The notes beneath the pieces are model-generated. The model made no database searches. It saw only the letters and a program-made list of their open reading frames with translations, and had not been told where the DNA came from. Positions 42,502 to 53,900 of a DNA stretch of 64,000 bases are shown here, one piece after another (position 1 is the first letter of the stretch; each line of letters begins with the position of its first letter). This DNA comes from an uncultured Gemmatimonadota bacterium (lineage in GTDB: Bacteria; SM23-81; DAOVCL01). The stretch spans positions 1 to 64,000 of the forward strand of contig CAZVGK010000016.1 in assembly GCA_964626665.1 (NCBI GenBank). The letters run 5' to 3'. A program made the translations under genes and the position numbers.

Positions 42502-43087
42502 CCTGGAGGGCAGCCCCTTTCACCTCTTTACGGAAGGATTTGAGCAGTTTATCCTCTCCCCCTCCCCCCTCTGTGGTGAGAATCTCCTGGACCTTCTCCC
42601 CCAACTGGGGATCGAGCCTGGAGGCCAGGTTCACTATCCGGGCAATCCCCTCTGGCTCCATTCCCTGGAGGAGCTTGGCTAAATTATCGGAGGAGAAGAA
42701 CTTGCTAAGGGCTGAGGCCGCCGCTTGTCTCACCCCGACATTCTCGTCCTCCAGCCTCTGGGCCAGGGGCTCCCAGGCCCGCAGATCCCCTATCTTCCCC
42801 AAGGCCAGGGCGGCACACTCCCTTACATACCAGAGGCCCTTCTCCAGGCTATCGATCAGAGTAGGCACCGCTCCCTTTCCCACCTGAGAAAGGGCCTCCA
42901 CCGCCTGCAGCCTGGTGACATAATCCTCCTTCTCCAAGACGGAGATGAGCTTGGCTATGGCCCTCCTCCCCCCCATCATCCCTAAAGCCTCTATGCCCCT
43001 CTCCCTCTCCTTCCTGTTGCCCCCTAAAAGCTCCAGCACCTGGGAGTAAGTCAACTTCTCCTCTGCCTCATCAATGCTGAACTTCAA
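42482..43087 (-). CDS. HEAT-repeat (PBS-lyase-like) protein
   Basis: repeated VR..AA.ALG.IG motifs. Confidence 0.8.
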   Translation of the reverse strand: MKFSIDEAEEKLTYSQVLELLGGNRKERERGIEALGMMGGRRAIAKLISVLEKEDYVTRLQAVEALSQVGKGAVPTLIDSLEKGLWYVRECAALALGKIGDLRAWEPLAQRLEDENVGVRQAAASALSKFFSSDNLAKLLQGMEPEGIARIVNLASRLDPQLGEKVQEILTTEGGGGEDKLLKSFRKEVKGAALQDEERRN

Positions 43088-44057
43088 TTTCCTCTCCTCT
43101 CTTAAGCATCATCCCTATTTTCCTCAATAAGTCCCCTAAGCCCTCACCGGTCAAGGCCGATATGGGGCAAAAGGATGAGGGAAACCGATTCCGCCCCCTC
43201 ACTAAATCCACCTTGTTCACCGCCACCAAAAAAGGCTTACGGGAGAGCTCCTCGTTAAAAAGCCTCAACTCTCGCCGCAGGGACTCCAAATCCCCCGCCA
43301 GGTTGGCTGACAGGGCCTCCAAGGTAAAGACCAAAACCCTTGTCCTCTCTATATGCCTGAGAAATTGGTCCCCCAAACCTCTGCCCTGGTGGGCACCATC
43401 CACCAACCCAGGTATATCGGCCAAGACAAAACTTTGATATTGGCCTAACTTCACCAAACCCAAATGGGGCCTAAGGGTGGTGAAGGGGTAGTCCCCCACC
43501 TTGGGCCTGGCCGCCGAAAGCCTCCGCAGCAGGGTGGACTTGCCCACATTAGGCCTGCCCACCAGGCCCACATCGGCGATCAGCTTCAGCTCCAAGATTA
43601 TCTCCTTTGCCTCCCCTTCCTTCCCCTTTTCCGATATCCGCGGAGCCCTCTGGGAGGGAGTGGCAAACCTGGCATTCCCCCGTCCTCCCCTTCCCCCCCG
43701 AGCCACAACTACCTGTCCCATCTTCGGGGTGAGATCGACGATAACCTCACCGTCCTTTGCCTCCCTGACCACCGTTCCCGGAGGCACCTTCAGGAACACA
43801 TCCCGACCACTCCTCCCGGTCATCCTCTTCCCCCTCCCATTCCTACCCTTTCCCGCCCGCACTACCTTTATGTGCTTGAAATCCAAAAGGGTGCCCATCT
43901 CTTTATCCACCGCGATGAGCGCATCCCCCCCCTTACCCCCATCACCGCCATCTGGCCCACCTTTGGGGATGAACTTCTCCCGGCGGAAGCTCACACATCC
44001 ATCCCCTCCCCTGCCGCCCTCGACCCAGAGCCTGACCCAATCGACGAAGCCGGTCAT
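43071..44057 (-). CDS. obgE: GTPase Obg/CgtA
   Basis: FRREKFIPKGGPDGGDGG, GRPNVGKST, YPFTT, DIPGL, NKVD, SA. Confidence 0.97.
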   Translation of the reverse strand: MTGFVDWVRLWVEGGRGGDGCVSFRREKFIPKGGPDGGDGGKGGDALIAVDKEMGTLLDFKHIKVVRAGKGRNGRGKRMTGRSGRDVFLKVPPGTVVREAKDGEVIVDLTPKMGQVVVARGGRGGRGNARFATPSQRAPRISEKGKEGEAKEIILELKLIADVGLVGRPNVGKSTLLRRLSAARPKVGDYPFTTLRPHLGLVKLGQYQSFVLADIPGLVDGAHQGRGLGDQFLRHIERTRVLVFTLEALSANLAGDLESLRRELRLFNEELSRKPFLVAVNKVDLVRGRNRFPSSFCPISALTGEGLGDLLRKIGMMLKRGEEIEVQH

Positions 44058-44830
44058 CTCCTGGTGAAGAGGGAGACCAGATCTGCCTTCAGGGTTGCCT
44101 CATCCAGGTCCCTCTGCAACCTCCCCCCCACCACCAAGGATATGGCCCCGGTCTCCTCGGAGACTACAACCACCACCGCATCCGACTGTTCGCTGATGCC
44201 CACCGCTGCCCGATGTCTCATCCCAAAGAGCCGATCATACTTGATGCTTTGGCTCAAGGGAAGGGTGCAACCGGCGGCCAATATCTCCCCTCCTCGCATA
44301 AGAACAGCCCCATCATGCAAGGGACCGGGCGGGGTAAATATGGTCACCAGCAGATCCGCCGAGACCTTGGCTCCTACTACCCTCCCCGTCTCCAGAAGGT
44401 CCTTGAGCCCCACCTCCCTCTCCATAACTATCAGCCCCCCCAACCCCTTCTCCGAGAGCCTCACCGATGCCTTGACCACCTCATCCAGGCTCTCCGTATC
44501 CCCGGGAACAAACAACCGGCGGAAGGGCGGGTTCTGTCCCAACCTGGCTAAGGCTGACCTCAGCTCCGGTTGAAAGAGGATAACAAAGGCAATTACCCCT
44601 ACGGTCAATACCCGGCTGATCATCCACCTCAGGGCATCAAACTGCAGCCAGGCAGCGGCAAACCAGGCGGCCAAAAAGAAGATGGCCCCCACGAGCATCT
44701 GGGCCGCCCGGGTGCCCTTCATCAGCAGAAGAAGGTAGTAGAAGATAAAGGCGACAACGGCCATATCCACCAGGTCGGTAAATCCCACCTTGAGAAAACC
44801 TATCCTAAAGAGTTCCATCTGCCTCCGCAA
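44054..44830 (-). CDS. cdaA: diadenylate cyclase CdaA
   Basis: three TM helices, FQPELR, PLHDGA, GMRHRAA.GISE. Confidence 0.93.
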   Translation of the reverse strand: MRRQMELFRIGFLKVGFTDLVDMAVVAFIFYYLLLLMKGTRAAQMLVGAIFFLAAWFAAAWLQFDALRWMISRVLTVGVIAFVILFQPELRSALARLGQNPPFRRLFVPGDTESLDEVVKASVRLSEKGLGGLIVMEREVGLKDLLETGRVVGAKVSADLLVTIFTPPGPLHDGAVLMRGGEILAAGCTLPLSQSIKYDRLFGMRHRAAVGISEQSDAVVVVVSEETGAISLVVGGRLQRDLDEATLKADLVSLFTRR

Positions 44831-46010
44831 TCGCCCCAGCCATGCGGGCTACCCTAATCATCTCCCGCACATCGTGCACCCTGATGATGTTGGCCCCCTT
44901 GGCCACACCCCAACTAACAGCGGCCGCGGTCCCCTCCAACCTCTCCTCAACGGGGAGGCCGAGAACCTCCCCGATAAAGGATTTGCGGGAGGGACCGATG
45001 AGCAGGGGATAACCCAACCCCTTAAGCTCACCAAGCCTGTGCAGGATTATCAGGTTGTCCTGGGGTCTTTTGCCAAAACCGATCCCCGGGTCAACCACGA
45101 TCCTCTTCCGGGCCACCCCGGCCCGCCGGGCCAGCCGCGCGCCCTTGGCCAGCCAGTCATAGATCTCCCCCATCAGGTCATCATAATGGGGGTTGACCTG
45201 CGTATCCTTTGGCTTGCCCTTTATGTGCATAATCACCAAACCCACCTTGGCTTTGGCCACCACCTCAGCCATCTTAGGGTCAAACCTCAGGCCACTTATA
45301 TCGTTGATCAACCTAGCTCCCGCATCTATCACCCTCTGGGCCACCTGGGACTTATGGGTATCCACCGAGATGACGATCCCTTCCTGCCCGGAGAGTCCCT
45401 CCACTACGGGGAGTACCCTTTCCAGTTCCGTGGAGAGGGGAACAGGATCTGCCCCTGGTCTGGTCGATTCCCCCCCAATATCAATTATATCAGCCCCCTC
45501 ATCTATTAGTTGGTGAGCCCTTTTTAAGGCCTGCTGGGGGGATAAATACCGGCCCCCATCGGAGAAGGAGTCGGGGGTTACATTCAAAACCCCCATTATG
45601 TGAGGGCGCAGAGAAAGATCTAATACCCTTCCCCGACAATCTAAAAGATAACCCCTCCTTGTCTTATGCTCCGCAATAACTCTTTTTAAATCCTGGGCCA
45701 GCCTATCCAGCCCAAATGGCTGGTGAAGAAGCTTCTCCCGCAGCTTCTCCAGTTGCCGCAGGTTACCCAAGAGAAGTAGAGCGGAGCTCTTGGCCTCTCC
45801 GGTGATCACCCCCCTGGCCAGGGCAGCATCCCCCCCTAAACCGAGCATCTCCTGCTTGAGTATGTTTGCCGCCGGCAGGTTTACCTTCTCCACCTTGATC
45901 ACCAGGTGCAGGGCCTTCTGGGCAAGTATCTCCCAGGCCCGGGGATCAACCCCTATCCTTTTTAGCTCCTTGGTGATCTGGGGATAGGTCTCTATCCCCA
46001 GCTCTCTCAC
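44805..46010 (-). CDS. folP: dihydropteroate synthase with N-terminal extension
   Basis: [41 protein letters not shown]. Confidence 0.95.
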   Translation of the reverse strand: MRELGIETYPQITKELKRIGVDPRAWEILAQKALHLVIKVEKVNLPAANILKQEMLGLGGDAALARGVITGEAKSSALLLLGNLRQLEKLREKLLHQPFGLDRLAQDLKRVIAEHKTRRGYLLDCRGRVLDLSLRPHIMGVLNVTPDSFSDGGRYLSPQQALKRAHQLIDEGADIIDIGGESTRPGADPVPLSTELERVLPVVEGLSGQEGIVISVDTHKSQVAQRVIDAGARLINDISGLRFDPKMAEVVAKAKVGLVIMHIKGKPKDTQVNPHYDDLMGEIYDWLAKGARLARRAGVARKRIVVDPGIGFGKRPQDNLIILHRLGELKGLGYPLLIGPSRKSFIGEVLGLPVEERLEGTAAAVSWGVAKGANIIRVHDVREMIRVARMAGAIAEADGTL

Positions 46011-47883
46011 CCTTGGCCTCCTCTATTATCTCATCCAACCTGTTGCCGTCTATTATCTCCTTCTCCAAGAGCTCCTTTGCTACCCGGTGCAAAAGATCGA
46101 TGTTCTCCTGCAGGAGCCTCTTGGCCCTCCTCTCCGCTCTCTCCACGGTCTCCCTCACCTCATCATCGATGAGCTTGGCCGTCTCCTCGCTGTAATCCCT
46201 CCTCTGGCTGATCTCCCGGCCTAAGAAGATCTCCTCCTTCTTCCCCCCAAAGGTCAAGGGGCCCAACTTCTCGCTCATCCCCCATTCACAGACCATCTTC
46301 CGCGCCAGCTCGGTGGCCCGCTCGATGTCATTGCCCGCTCCAGTGGTCAGTTGTCCGAAGATCAGCTTCTCTGCCTCTCTTCCCCCCAAAAGGTCAACAA
46401 GCTTTGTCTCCAAATACTCTTTGGAATAGTTGTGTTTCTCATCTATGGGGAGGTAATGGGTCACCCCCAAGGCCATCCCCCGAGGGATTATGGTCACCTT
46501 GTGTACCGGGTCTGATCCGGGGATAAGCTTGGCCACCAAAGCATGGCCGGCCTCATGGTAGGCGATGTTCCTCTTCTCCTCCTCACTGATCACCATGCTC
46601 TTCCTCTCAGCCCCCATCATCACCTTATCCTTGGCCCCCTCGAAGTCGGCCATATTCACCTTTTTGTGATTGCGGCGGGCAGCCAAGAGCGCCGCCTCGT
46701 TCACTATATTGGCCAGGTCGGCCCCGGAGAGCCCGGGAGTCCCTCGGGCTAAGACGGAGAGGTCAACACCCCTGGCTAAAGGTATATTCCTGGTGTGCAC
46801 CTTGAAAATTCCCTCCCTTCCCCTTACATCGGGCCGATCCACCACGATCTGACGATCAAACCTCCCTGGCCTTAAGAGGGCCGGATCGAGGACATCCGGT
46901 CGGTTGGTGGCCGCCAGGAGGATCACCCCCTCATTGGTCTCAAAGCCATCCATCTCCACCAAGAGTTGATTTAAGGTCTGCTCCCTCTCGTCATGCCCTC
47001 CCCCCAGGCCGGCCCCCCGGTGCCTGCCCACCGCATCTATCTCATCGATAAAGATAATACAAGGGGCATTCCTCTTCCCCTGTTCAAACAGATCCCGCAC
47101 CCGCGATGCCCCCACCCCAACGAACATCTCCACAAAGTCTGACCCACTCATACTAAAGAAGGGGACACCGGCCTCCCCAGCCACTGCCCTGGCCAGCAGG
47201 GTCTTCCCGGTTCCCGGCGGCCCCAAAAGGAGAACCCCCTTAGGGATTTTCCCCCCCAACCTCTGGAACTTGCGGGGACTTACTAAAAATTCGATCACCT
47301 CCTTCAGCTCCTCCTTGGCCTCATCCGCACCGGCCACATCATCAAAGGTGACCTTGGGCTTGTTCTCCATAAGGAGCTTTGCCCTGCTCTTGCCGAAGGA
47401 GAAGACACCGCGCTGGCTGCCCTGCATCTGCCTGATAAAGAAGAACCAGAGCAGGGCAAAGATAAGAAACGGGGACATCTGGAGCAAAATGGAGAGGAGG
47501 GGGGTGCTCTTAGGCTTGGCATCGATCTCCACCTCCTTCTCCTCCAACTTTCCTAAAAGCTGCGGATCTTTAAGGGGGATATGAACATAAAACTTAACAA
47601 ACTCCTTCCCCTTCACCTCTTCGATGGCTGGGGAGTTCAGCTCCCCGTGAATATCACTCTCCACTATGGTAACCTTCCTCACCTGGGAACCTTTTACCAG
47701 ATCCATAAATTGGGTATAGGTAATGGTAGCCTCCTCCTTGTGGGAGGAGGTGAAGAGCTTGTAAACATAAAGGAAGGCCAGGGTCAAAAGGGCCCAAATA
47801 AGAAGGGTCCTCAATGTTCTCCCCTTCTGTGGCGGTGGGATGGGCCTCCTCGGCCCCCTGGGAGGTGGTGTTTTATCCTTCAT
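45946..47883 (-). CDS. ftsH: ATP-dependent zinc metalloprotease FtsH
   Basis: two TM helices, [26 protein letters not shown]. Confidence 0.98.
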   Translation of the reverse strand: MKDKTPPPRGPRRPIPPPQKGRTLRTLLIWALLTLAFLYVYKLFTSSHKEEATITYTQFMDLVKGSQVRKVTIVESDIHGELNSPAIEEVKGKEFVKFYVHIPLKDPQLLGKLEEKEVEIDAKPKSTPLLSILLQMSPFLIFALLWFFFIRQMQGSQRGVFSFGKSRAKLLMENKPKVTFDDVAGADEAKEELKEVIEFLVSPRKFQRLGGKIPKGVLLLGPPGTGKTLLARAVAGEAGVPFFSMSGSDFVEMFVGVGASRVRDLFEQGKRNAPCIIFIDEIDAVGRHRGAGLGGGHDEREQTLNQLLVEMDGFETNEGVILLAATNRPDVLDPALLRPGRFDRQIVVDRPDVRGREGIFKVHTRNIPLARGVDLSVLARGTPGLSGADLANIVNEAALLAARRNHKKVNMADFEGAKDKVMMGAERKSMVISEEEKRNIAYHEAGHALVAKLIPGSDPVHKVTIIPRGMALGVTHYLPIDEKHNYSKEYLETKLVDLLGGREAEKLIFGQLTTGAGNDIERATELARKMVCEWGMSEKLGPLTFGGKKEEIFLGREISQRRDYSEETAKLIDDEVRETVERAERRAKRLLQENIDLLHRVAKELLEKEIIDGNRLDEIIEEAKGERAGDRDLSPDHQGAKKDRG

Positions 47884-48091
47884 GGTTAAACCTCATCAGT
47901 AACTGTTCACCACGGAATCTCACGGAAATAAGCAATTATGAATTAAGAATTAAGTTTATGCTGCTTATTCCTGATTAGTGATTCCTGTTTTTCTGTGTTA
48001 ATCTGTGGTGAAATTACCACGGAATCTCACGGAACTATACAGTCTTTGCTCCTTGTAGATGTTATCATCCACAAGGAGATTTCTTCTTCCT

Positions 48092-48652
48092 TCAATTCTT
48101 GAAGTGGTTCTCTTTTCCCGATCCCTGTAAGCTGTTATCATCCAAGGCTCCAATATAGGGGAGGTTGCGATACCTCTCCATATAGTCAAGGCCATAGCCG
48201 ACCACAAATCTATCGGGGATGACAAAGCCCACATAATCCACCGGGACATCGACCAACCTTCTCCCCCTTTTGTCCAAGAGGGTAACTATGCGCAAGGATA
48301 AGGGATTTCTGGTGAAGAGGTTGTTCCTTATATACTGCCAGGTGAGGCCCGTGTCCACGATATCCTCTACCACCAACACATCCCGACCCTCGATGTTAGT
48401 CCCTAGGTCTTTCAGCAGCCTGACCACGCCGCTGGAGTGGGTTGACGTCCCATAGCTGGAAACTGAGAGAAAATCTATCTCATGGGGGACATCGATGGCT
48501 CTGGTCAGATCGGCCAAGAAGAGAAAGCTCCCCTTCAGGATGGAGACGAGGATAAGCTGCAACCCCTTATAGTCTGAGGAGATCTCCCTCCCCAACTCCT
48601 GCACCCGGGCTTCTATCTTTGGGCCAGGGATCAACGGTTCAATTTTTTCCAT
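48092..48652 (-). CDS. hpt: hypoxanthine phosphoribosyltransferase
   Basis: ILKGS, VSSY, VEDIVDTG.T, FVVGYGLD. Confidence 0.96.
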   Translation of the reverse strand: MEKIEPLIPGPKIEARVQELGREISSDYKGLQLILVSILKGSFLFLADLTRAIDVPHEIDFLSVSSYGTSTHSSGVVRLLKDLGTNIEGRDVLVVEDIVDTGLTWQYIRNNLFTRNPLSLRIVTLLDKRGRRLVDVPVDYVGFVIPDRFVVGYGLDYMERYRNLPYIGALDDNSLQGSGKENHFKN

Positions 48653-50001
48653 TTGGCCACGGCCTTGATGGCCTTTCTCGTCCCCTCCTTGAGCTTAAAT
48701 GGCTCGGCAATCCGATAGCCAACCACCCAGATGATCCCTTGGGGAGAGGTCAAGAGAGGGACCATTCCCCTCTGAGGTCTGGGAATGTGCAGATCAACAA
48801 AGAGATCCTGCAGCTTCTTCCTCCCCTCCAGGCCCAGGGGCTGCATCCTGTCCCCTCTCTCCCATCCCCTTAACTCAAATGGTCCCTCAAGTCTCTCCCA
48901 ATCAAAGTAGGCTACCATCCTGTCCTGCTTCCGGACGAGGTTCAGGGAAGGAGGGGTAACGAACTCGGTCTTTAAGATCAGGCCATCCTCGGCTTCTATC
49001 CTTCCCGGAATCTCCACCCTTATGGAGATTCGCTGGGGCACCTTGCGGTAGAAAAAGAGCTTTCCCTCCTTCCCCTCAGCCAGAACGCCCCCGGGGAGGG
49101 AAATCCTCCCCTGAAAGGGGGAACGGGCCAGCCTCTCCAGATGAGGGAAGGGGAGTTCTCCTTTCCCCAAGAGCCTGAAGGCCTCCTTAAGCACAACCTG
49201 CCTGACAGCCATATCATAAACAAAAAGGGAGGCCAAATCAAGGATTATTTCCCCCCCCCACCCCCTATGGGCCACCTTTTCCAAAATCCCTTTGGCCAAC
49301 TTCAAAAGGTATTTGGTCTGCTCCTGAAGGATCGCCCCCGATCTGGCCAAAGCTTCGGTTATCCTGGGATTATAGGCCCTAAGTTGCGGGAGAAGCCGCC
49401 ATCTGATCCTGTTCCTCATATACCGCAGGTCCTGATTGGAGGAATCCTCCCGGAATGTGCTCCCTCTTTCCTGTAGCCACTTACGCAAATCCCCTCTGCT
49501 GGTCTCTATCAGGGGACGGATGATCTTCCCCCTTACCGGCCTGATCCCGCAAAGACCGGTGGAACCAGCCCCGCGCAGAAGCCTCATTAAGACCGTCTCC
49601 GCCTGATCGTCCTGGGTGTGACCGGTGGCGATCTTCTGGGCCCCAAAGTCAGTGGCAGCTCCCTGGAGAAATCTGTACCGCAGGACCCTGGCTCCCTCCT
49701 CCAGACCAATCCCCCTCTCCCGGCAGAATGATTCCACCTCCCCTTGGCCAATCCTACAGGGGATATCTAAACCCTTACAGAGCCCCTCCACCCACCGGGC
49801 ATCCCCCTCCGACTCCTCCCCCCGCAACCTGTGGTTAAGGTGGGCAGCATATACCCTCAGCCTGTAATCATCCCTCAATTCCAAGAGGAAGTGCAGGAGA
49901 GCCACGGAATCTGAACCCCCGGAAAGGGCCACCAGCACACCGTCCCCCCTTTGCAACATCCCATATTTGGCAATGGTCTCTTTTACCCTTTCTAAAAGCA
50001 T
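48631..50001 (-). CDS. tilS: tRNA(Ile)-lysidine synthetase
   Basis: SGGSDS PP-loop, AR..RY, H..DDQAET, RPL, RN.IR; tilS-hpt-ftsH order. Confidence 0.96.
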   Translation of the reverse strand: MLLERVKETIAKYGMLQRGDGVLVALSGGSDSVALLHFLLELRDDYRLRVYAAHLNHRLRGEESEGDARWVEGLCKGLDIPCRIGQGEVESFCRERGIGLEEGARVLRYRFLQGAATDFGAQKIATGHTQDDQAETVLMRLLRGAGSTGLCGIRPVRGKIIRPLIETSRGDLRKWLQERGSTFREDSSNQDLRYMRNRIRWRLLPQLRAYNPRITEALARSGAILQEQTKYLLKLAKGILEKVAHRGWGGEIILDLASLFVYDMAVRQVVLKEAFRLLGKGELPFPHLERLARSPFQGRISLPGGVLAEGKEGKLFFYRKVPQRISIRVEIPGRIEAEDGLILKTEFVTPPSLNLVRKQDRMVAYFDWERLEGPFELRGWERGDRMQPLGLEGRKKLQDLFVDLHIPRPQRGMVPLLTSPQGIIWVVGYRIAEPFKLKEGTRKAIKAVAKWKKLNR

Positions 50002-50041
50002 AACTACCTAAGATATAAACTTTTTTGTCTTTTTGTCAAAC

Positions 50042-50069
50042 AAAAAAAGGCGACACAAGGTGTCGCCTG
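50042..50069 (-). terminator. intrinsic terminator after the tRNA
   Basis: AGGCGACAC-loop-GTGTCGCCT followed by a T run on the minus strand. Confidence 0.8.
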
Positions 50070-50071
50070 AA

Positions 50072-50145
50072 TAGCGGTGCAGGGATTCGAACCCCGGACC
50101 CACGGATTATGATTCCGCTGCTCTGACCAACTGAGCTACACCGCC
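50072..50145 (-). tRNA. tRNA with CAT anticodon, most likely elongator tRNA-Met; CCA not encoded
   Basis: GGCGGTGTAGCTCAGTTGGTCAGAGCAGCGGAATCATAATCCGTGGGTCCGGGGTTCGAATCCCTGCACCGCTA folds as a cloverleaf. Confidence 0.93.
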
Positions 50146-50154
50146 TCATTCCCC

Positions 50155-50183
50155 AATTTAATCTTAAACAATCCCCCTGTCAA
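50155..50183 (-). promoter_or_regulatory. tRNA promoter
   Basis: TTGACA-17 nt-TAAATT about 10 nt before the tRNA 5' end. Confidence 0.65.
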
Positions 50184-50319
50184 CCATTTTTTCGAGGGTA
50201 AATGACTGAGAACCACACAAGGTTACCACCTTGGGAAAATCATCGGGAATTATGCTATTCCCGTCCCTTTTTCTCCACCCCCTTATGACCTCAGCGATCT
50301 AATAAGCGATTTTTGGAGG

Positions 50320-50874
50320 CTACTTGTTCACCTCTGGAGCAGTGTAGTAGATTTCTATTTCCGCCTTCACCCCTGGGGGAAGCTCTGGGTCTTCAAGCAG
50401 GGTGAAGTTCCTTCCCTTCTTTATTAAGGGCTTCAGTATCAGGCCATAGTTTGGCCTGCCTTTGACCCAGTCAGAGAGGATTCCAGTGATGTCCAGGCTT
50501 ACACTCTGGTTCTCCCCACCAGATATGGTAAATAAGGTCAAGCTACTGTCGTTATAGTCTCCTCCTGGGTTTGCCCAGGGGTAATCCCATCTCACTGAGC
50601 CCACATCCCACTGGGTGATTACCCTGTAACCAGCTATATCCAGAGGTTCCTCTGAGCCGGAGTCAGCCTGAGCTGTAACGAGCAACTGGGCATAGTCAAT
50701 TGTGCTTGCCTCTAACCCAGATGGCAGGTCAAACTGAAGTAAAAACCTTGTGGTATCACCAGAGGATATGGTAGCCAACTCGGTCAACTGAACCTCCAAG
50801 TCTGCCCCCCTTACTTGCAGGGAGAAGCCCACTGCCACAACTATAACCCAAATAAACAGTCCAACTCTTCTCAT
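50320..50874 (-). CDS. secreted DNRLRE/CBM96-like domain protein
   Basis: signal peptide; R.LL.FDL, I..A.L, W....V.W..PW..PGGD, DIT..L..W..G.PNYGL.L. Confidence 0.7.
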   Translation of the reverse strand: MRRVGLFIWVIVVAVGFSLQVRGADLEVQLTELATISSGDTTRFLLQFDLPSGLEASTIDYAQLLVTAQADSGSEEPLDIAGYRVITQWDVGSVRWDYPWANPGGDYNDSSLTLFTISGGENQSVSLDITGILSDWVKGRPNYGLILKPLIKKGRNFTLLEDPELPPGVKAEIEIYYTAPEVNK

Positions 50875-50913
50875 CTTTCTCTCCTTTCGGCTATCTTTTC
50901 TCGTTTCTCATTT

Positions 50914-53900
50914 CTATCGAAGAACCACCATCTTCCTCGTTTTGACAAACTCCCCAGCTTTCAACCTGTAAAAATAGATCCCACTGGAAACATCTTTGCC
51001 CAGGTTATCCCGACCATCCCAGCGAACTGAGTAGTAGCCAGGAGCCTGCTCCCCATCCACCAGAGTCCTTACCAACTGCCCCAAAATGTTGTAGACCTTC
51101 AGGGTGGTGTGGCGCGGTCTCTCCTCTCTATCTCTATCTGGTACGGTGTAGCGGATAAGGGTGGTAGGGTTAAAAGGATTGGGATAGTTCTGGGCCAGGT
51201 CAAACCTGGTGGGAAGCTTCTTCTCAGGTCCATCCTCTACCCCTACATCAGGAAATGGGTCATGGTCTAAGCAGGGTAGATAGTCAACATCACCCCAGAA
51301 ACGGGAAGGATCGGGAGAAGCCGTCCCCCACCAACAGGACTCAGCCATCACCGGATAGAGGTTCTCCTCGCACCAGACCTCATAGTTGGCATCCCGGCTG
51401 TAGATACTATTGCCCCCACTTCCCTCTATCCCTGTATCCCCCAACCGGGGATAGCTGGACTGGTAACAGTAGATACCCTTCTCGGTGTAAGAGTGAACCT
51501 GAGTGGAGTCAACCGTAGGGCTGGAGCCATCATAACAGGAGATACCCTTCTTGCCAACAGTCTCTATTATGCAGCCTTTAATCATCGGATTAGAACCTGA
51601 GGAACAGGAGAGGCCAGAAAACCCATTTCCACCGCTGATCTCGTTATTTAGAATGATGGGAGAGGAGTTCTGCAGGCTGATTCCCACATAGTTATCGTAG
51701 GGGGGCTGATCTTTGGGTTGGATGGAGGCATTGTCTATATTATTGCCCTTAATCAGCATATCAGAACCAGCATAACTTGCCTTTATCCCATACCTGCTGC
51801 CGTTGATCAGATTATCCAGGATAGCCGGTGAGCAGTGATCAGTCCATATCCCGTAGACCCCATTATCCTTGATCCAGCTCTTCTCAACAATAGTGGCACC
51901 ATCCGTATGGTCGCACCTGACCCCATACACTTCATTCTTCTGGATGGTGCAACTGTCTATGGCTACTACGCTCCCAGAGTCTGCCAGAACTCCGCAGTAG
52001 CCATATTCCACCACCGCATGCTTGAGTAGGCCCCAGCTCCCCTGTTTGAACCTTATCCCCCACCAGTCTCCCTGGTTTGAGGAGGTAGAGCTCAAGGTAA
52101 CGGGTTGAGTATTAGTGCCCTGGGCATCCAGGTTCCCCTCTACGATGAGTTCGCAGAGGGTTGTATCCACACCAGAACCCTGGTTGTCTGCCCCGGCGGT
52201 GAACAGAACTTGAGCCCCTGGCTGGATGGTTAAGGTGACACCACTATCCACGGTGACATCACCGCTCACCTGGATCATCCCAGACAGGGTGGCATCCTCA
52301 GCAATAAGGCCAGCTATCCCCGGATAGTAGATGTAGTCGCCAATCCTATAAAAACCAACAGAGGCATCATTTACCACCAGCTCTGTGGCCTGAGGAGCGT
52401 AGACCTTGAATTGATGAGGAGTTTTGCTGTGGATAACCACCTTAGCTCCGGAGTTTATCACACTACCTGTATCCCCGAATGTATCTACCAAAAGAATATC
52501 CCTCATCCACAGATTGGTTCCCTCGGCCATCATAAACCTGGTCACTGTTGAATCCAAGTCCTCTCTGATCAGGCATACCTTAGCATCTGTGGAGAACCAA
52601 TCCTCGGATATGACCCCAGTGGTCTTGAGGATGTTGTAGTCTGTGGTAGTTGACCAGGCGAGTTTGGCGCATCGGCCATTGGTAATGGGCTCAGCAGTCA
52701 CCGTAGGATCCTCCAAGCCAGCTTTATGGGGGAAGAGAACAATCTGGCAGTAGGGATTAATAGTATCGCATTTGATCCTCAAGATGGGATGCATTGACTG
52801 TGTGGTATCAGGTGGAAGAGAATCCTCGCCAAATAGAGGGGAAGGGGTAAACTCTGGGACATACATAGACTGGGTTGTGTAAAAATCCGAGGGAGAGATA
52901 ACATGGATGTTCATATCATTGTGTGAGCCGTGGAGGACTATCGGATTGCCTGACCAATCAAACCAGTTGCCGGATTTAGTATGAAGCAGCCACTGGTATT
53001 GGTGGACGGCGTTGTCCTTGTTGATGTCATCTGCTATCACAAAATAGGGGGGCAAGCCATCACCCCGCACAAAGGTCACCATCCTATCAGCATTCAGTAC
53101 AGGGTTGTTAAACACTGTGGTATCCCTTGCTCCTCCATGTCCGTCAACTATCCACATCCTGTTATAGGCATCAGTAGCATCACCGTGCACATAATCACAG
53201 AAACTTCCAGATACCTGCTCTTCTATCATCCCTGCTGTCATCCATGGTGCATACTCACAGCACTGTCCCTGTCCGTCGATTAGGATCACATTATGATTTC
53301 TCGGAGCTCCATACTTTTTACCGGTATCAATGGCAAATCTTTCCCCATAGGCATAGAGGGTGAAATGGTTTTTGTCACAATGAAAGTTACGGACTGAGTA
53401 GTGACCAGTAGCTGGGTTGTAGGCAGGGCCACACTCTAAGCTGAACATTATCTCCTCTGGGCCCCAGCCGGTTCTGAAGTAAACCAATCCTCTACCTTGG
53501 AAATGCTTGGACAATGGGAGCCTTTCTACCGGGTCCTCTGAGGCCAGGTCATCATTATATTTGAGGATTATCAGGGGAAGTGAACCACATTCACTAGTCC
53601 TGCGGTTGATATCGTCAAAATCAATCAGATTTTTAAAGGTCCAATTCAGAACTGGCTCATTGTAGATTCCCTCCAGAGGCCCCCAACAAAGTGAATATCC
53701 CCAATGACCGTCTACATGTTCAGACCAATGAGGATCGAAATCCCAATAGAAGGATTCGCTCAGGTTGTTATATTTGTGTTTCTCCGGCAAGACCTCATAA
53801 GCAAACCAGTCGCTCATCTTACTCAGAATTCCCTCATTCTCCTGAAACATATCCTGGCCCGTCTTCCTCTTCAAAGCCTCCATAAAGGGGACCACTCCCG

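Noticed and set aside
43464-44573. 369-aa plus-strand ORF and similar long antisense ORFs (31869..32627, 33488..34333, 44790..45509)
   Set aside because: They lie opposite well-conserved genes (obg/cdaA, gyrA, gyrB, folP) and have no recognisable motifs; shadow ORFs.
50072-50320. tRNA as the integration site of an island
   Set aside because: No duplicated tRNA 3' end or integrase seen; the tRNA 3' side leads directly to its terminator and tilS.
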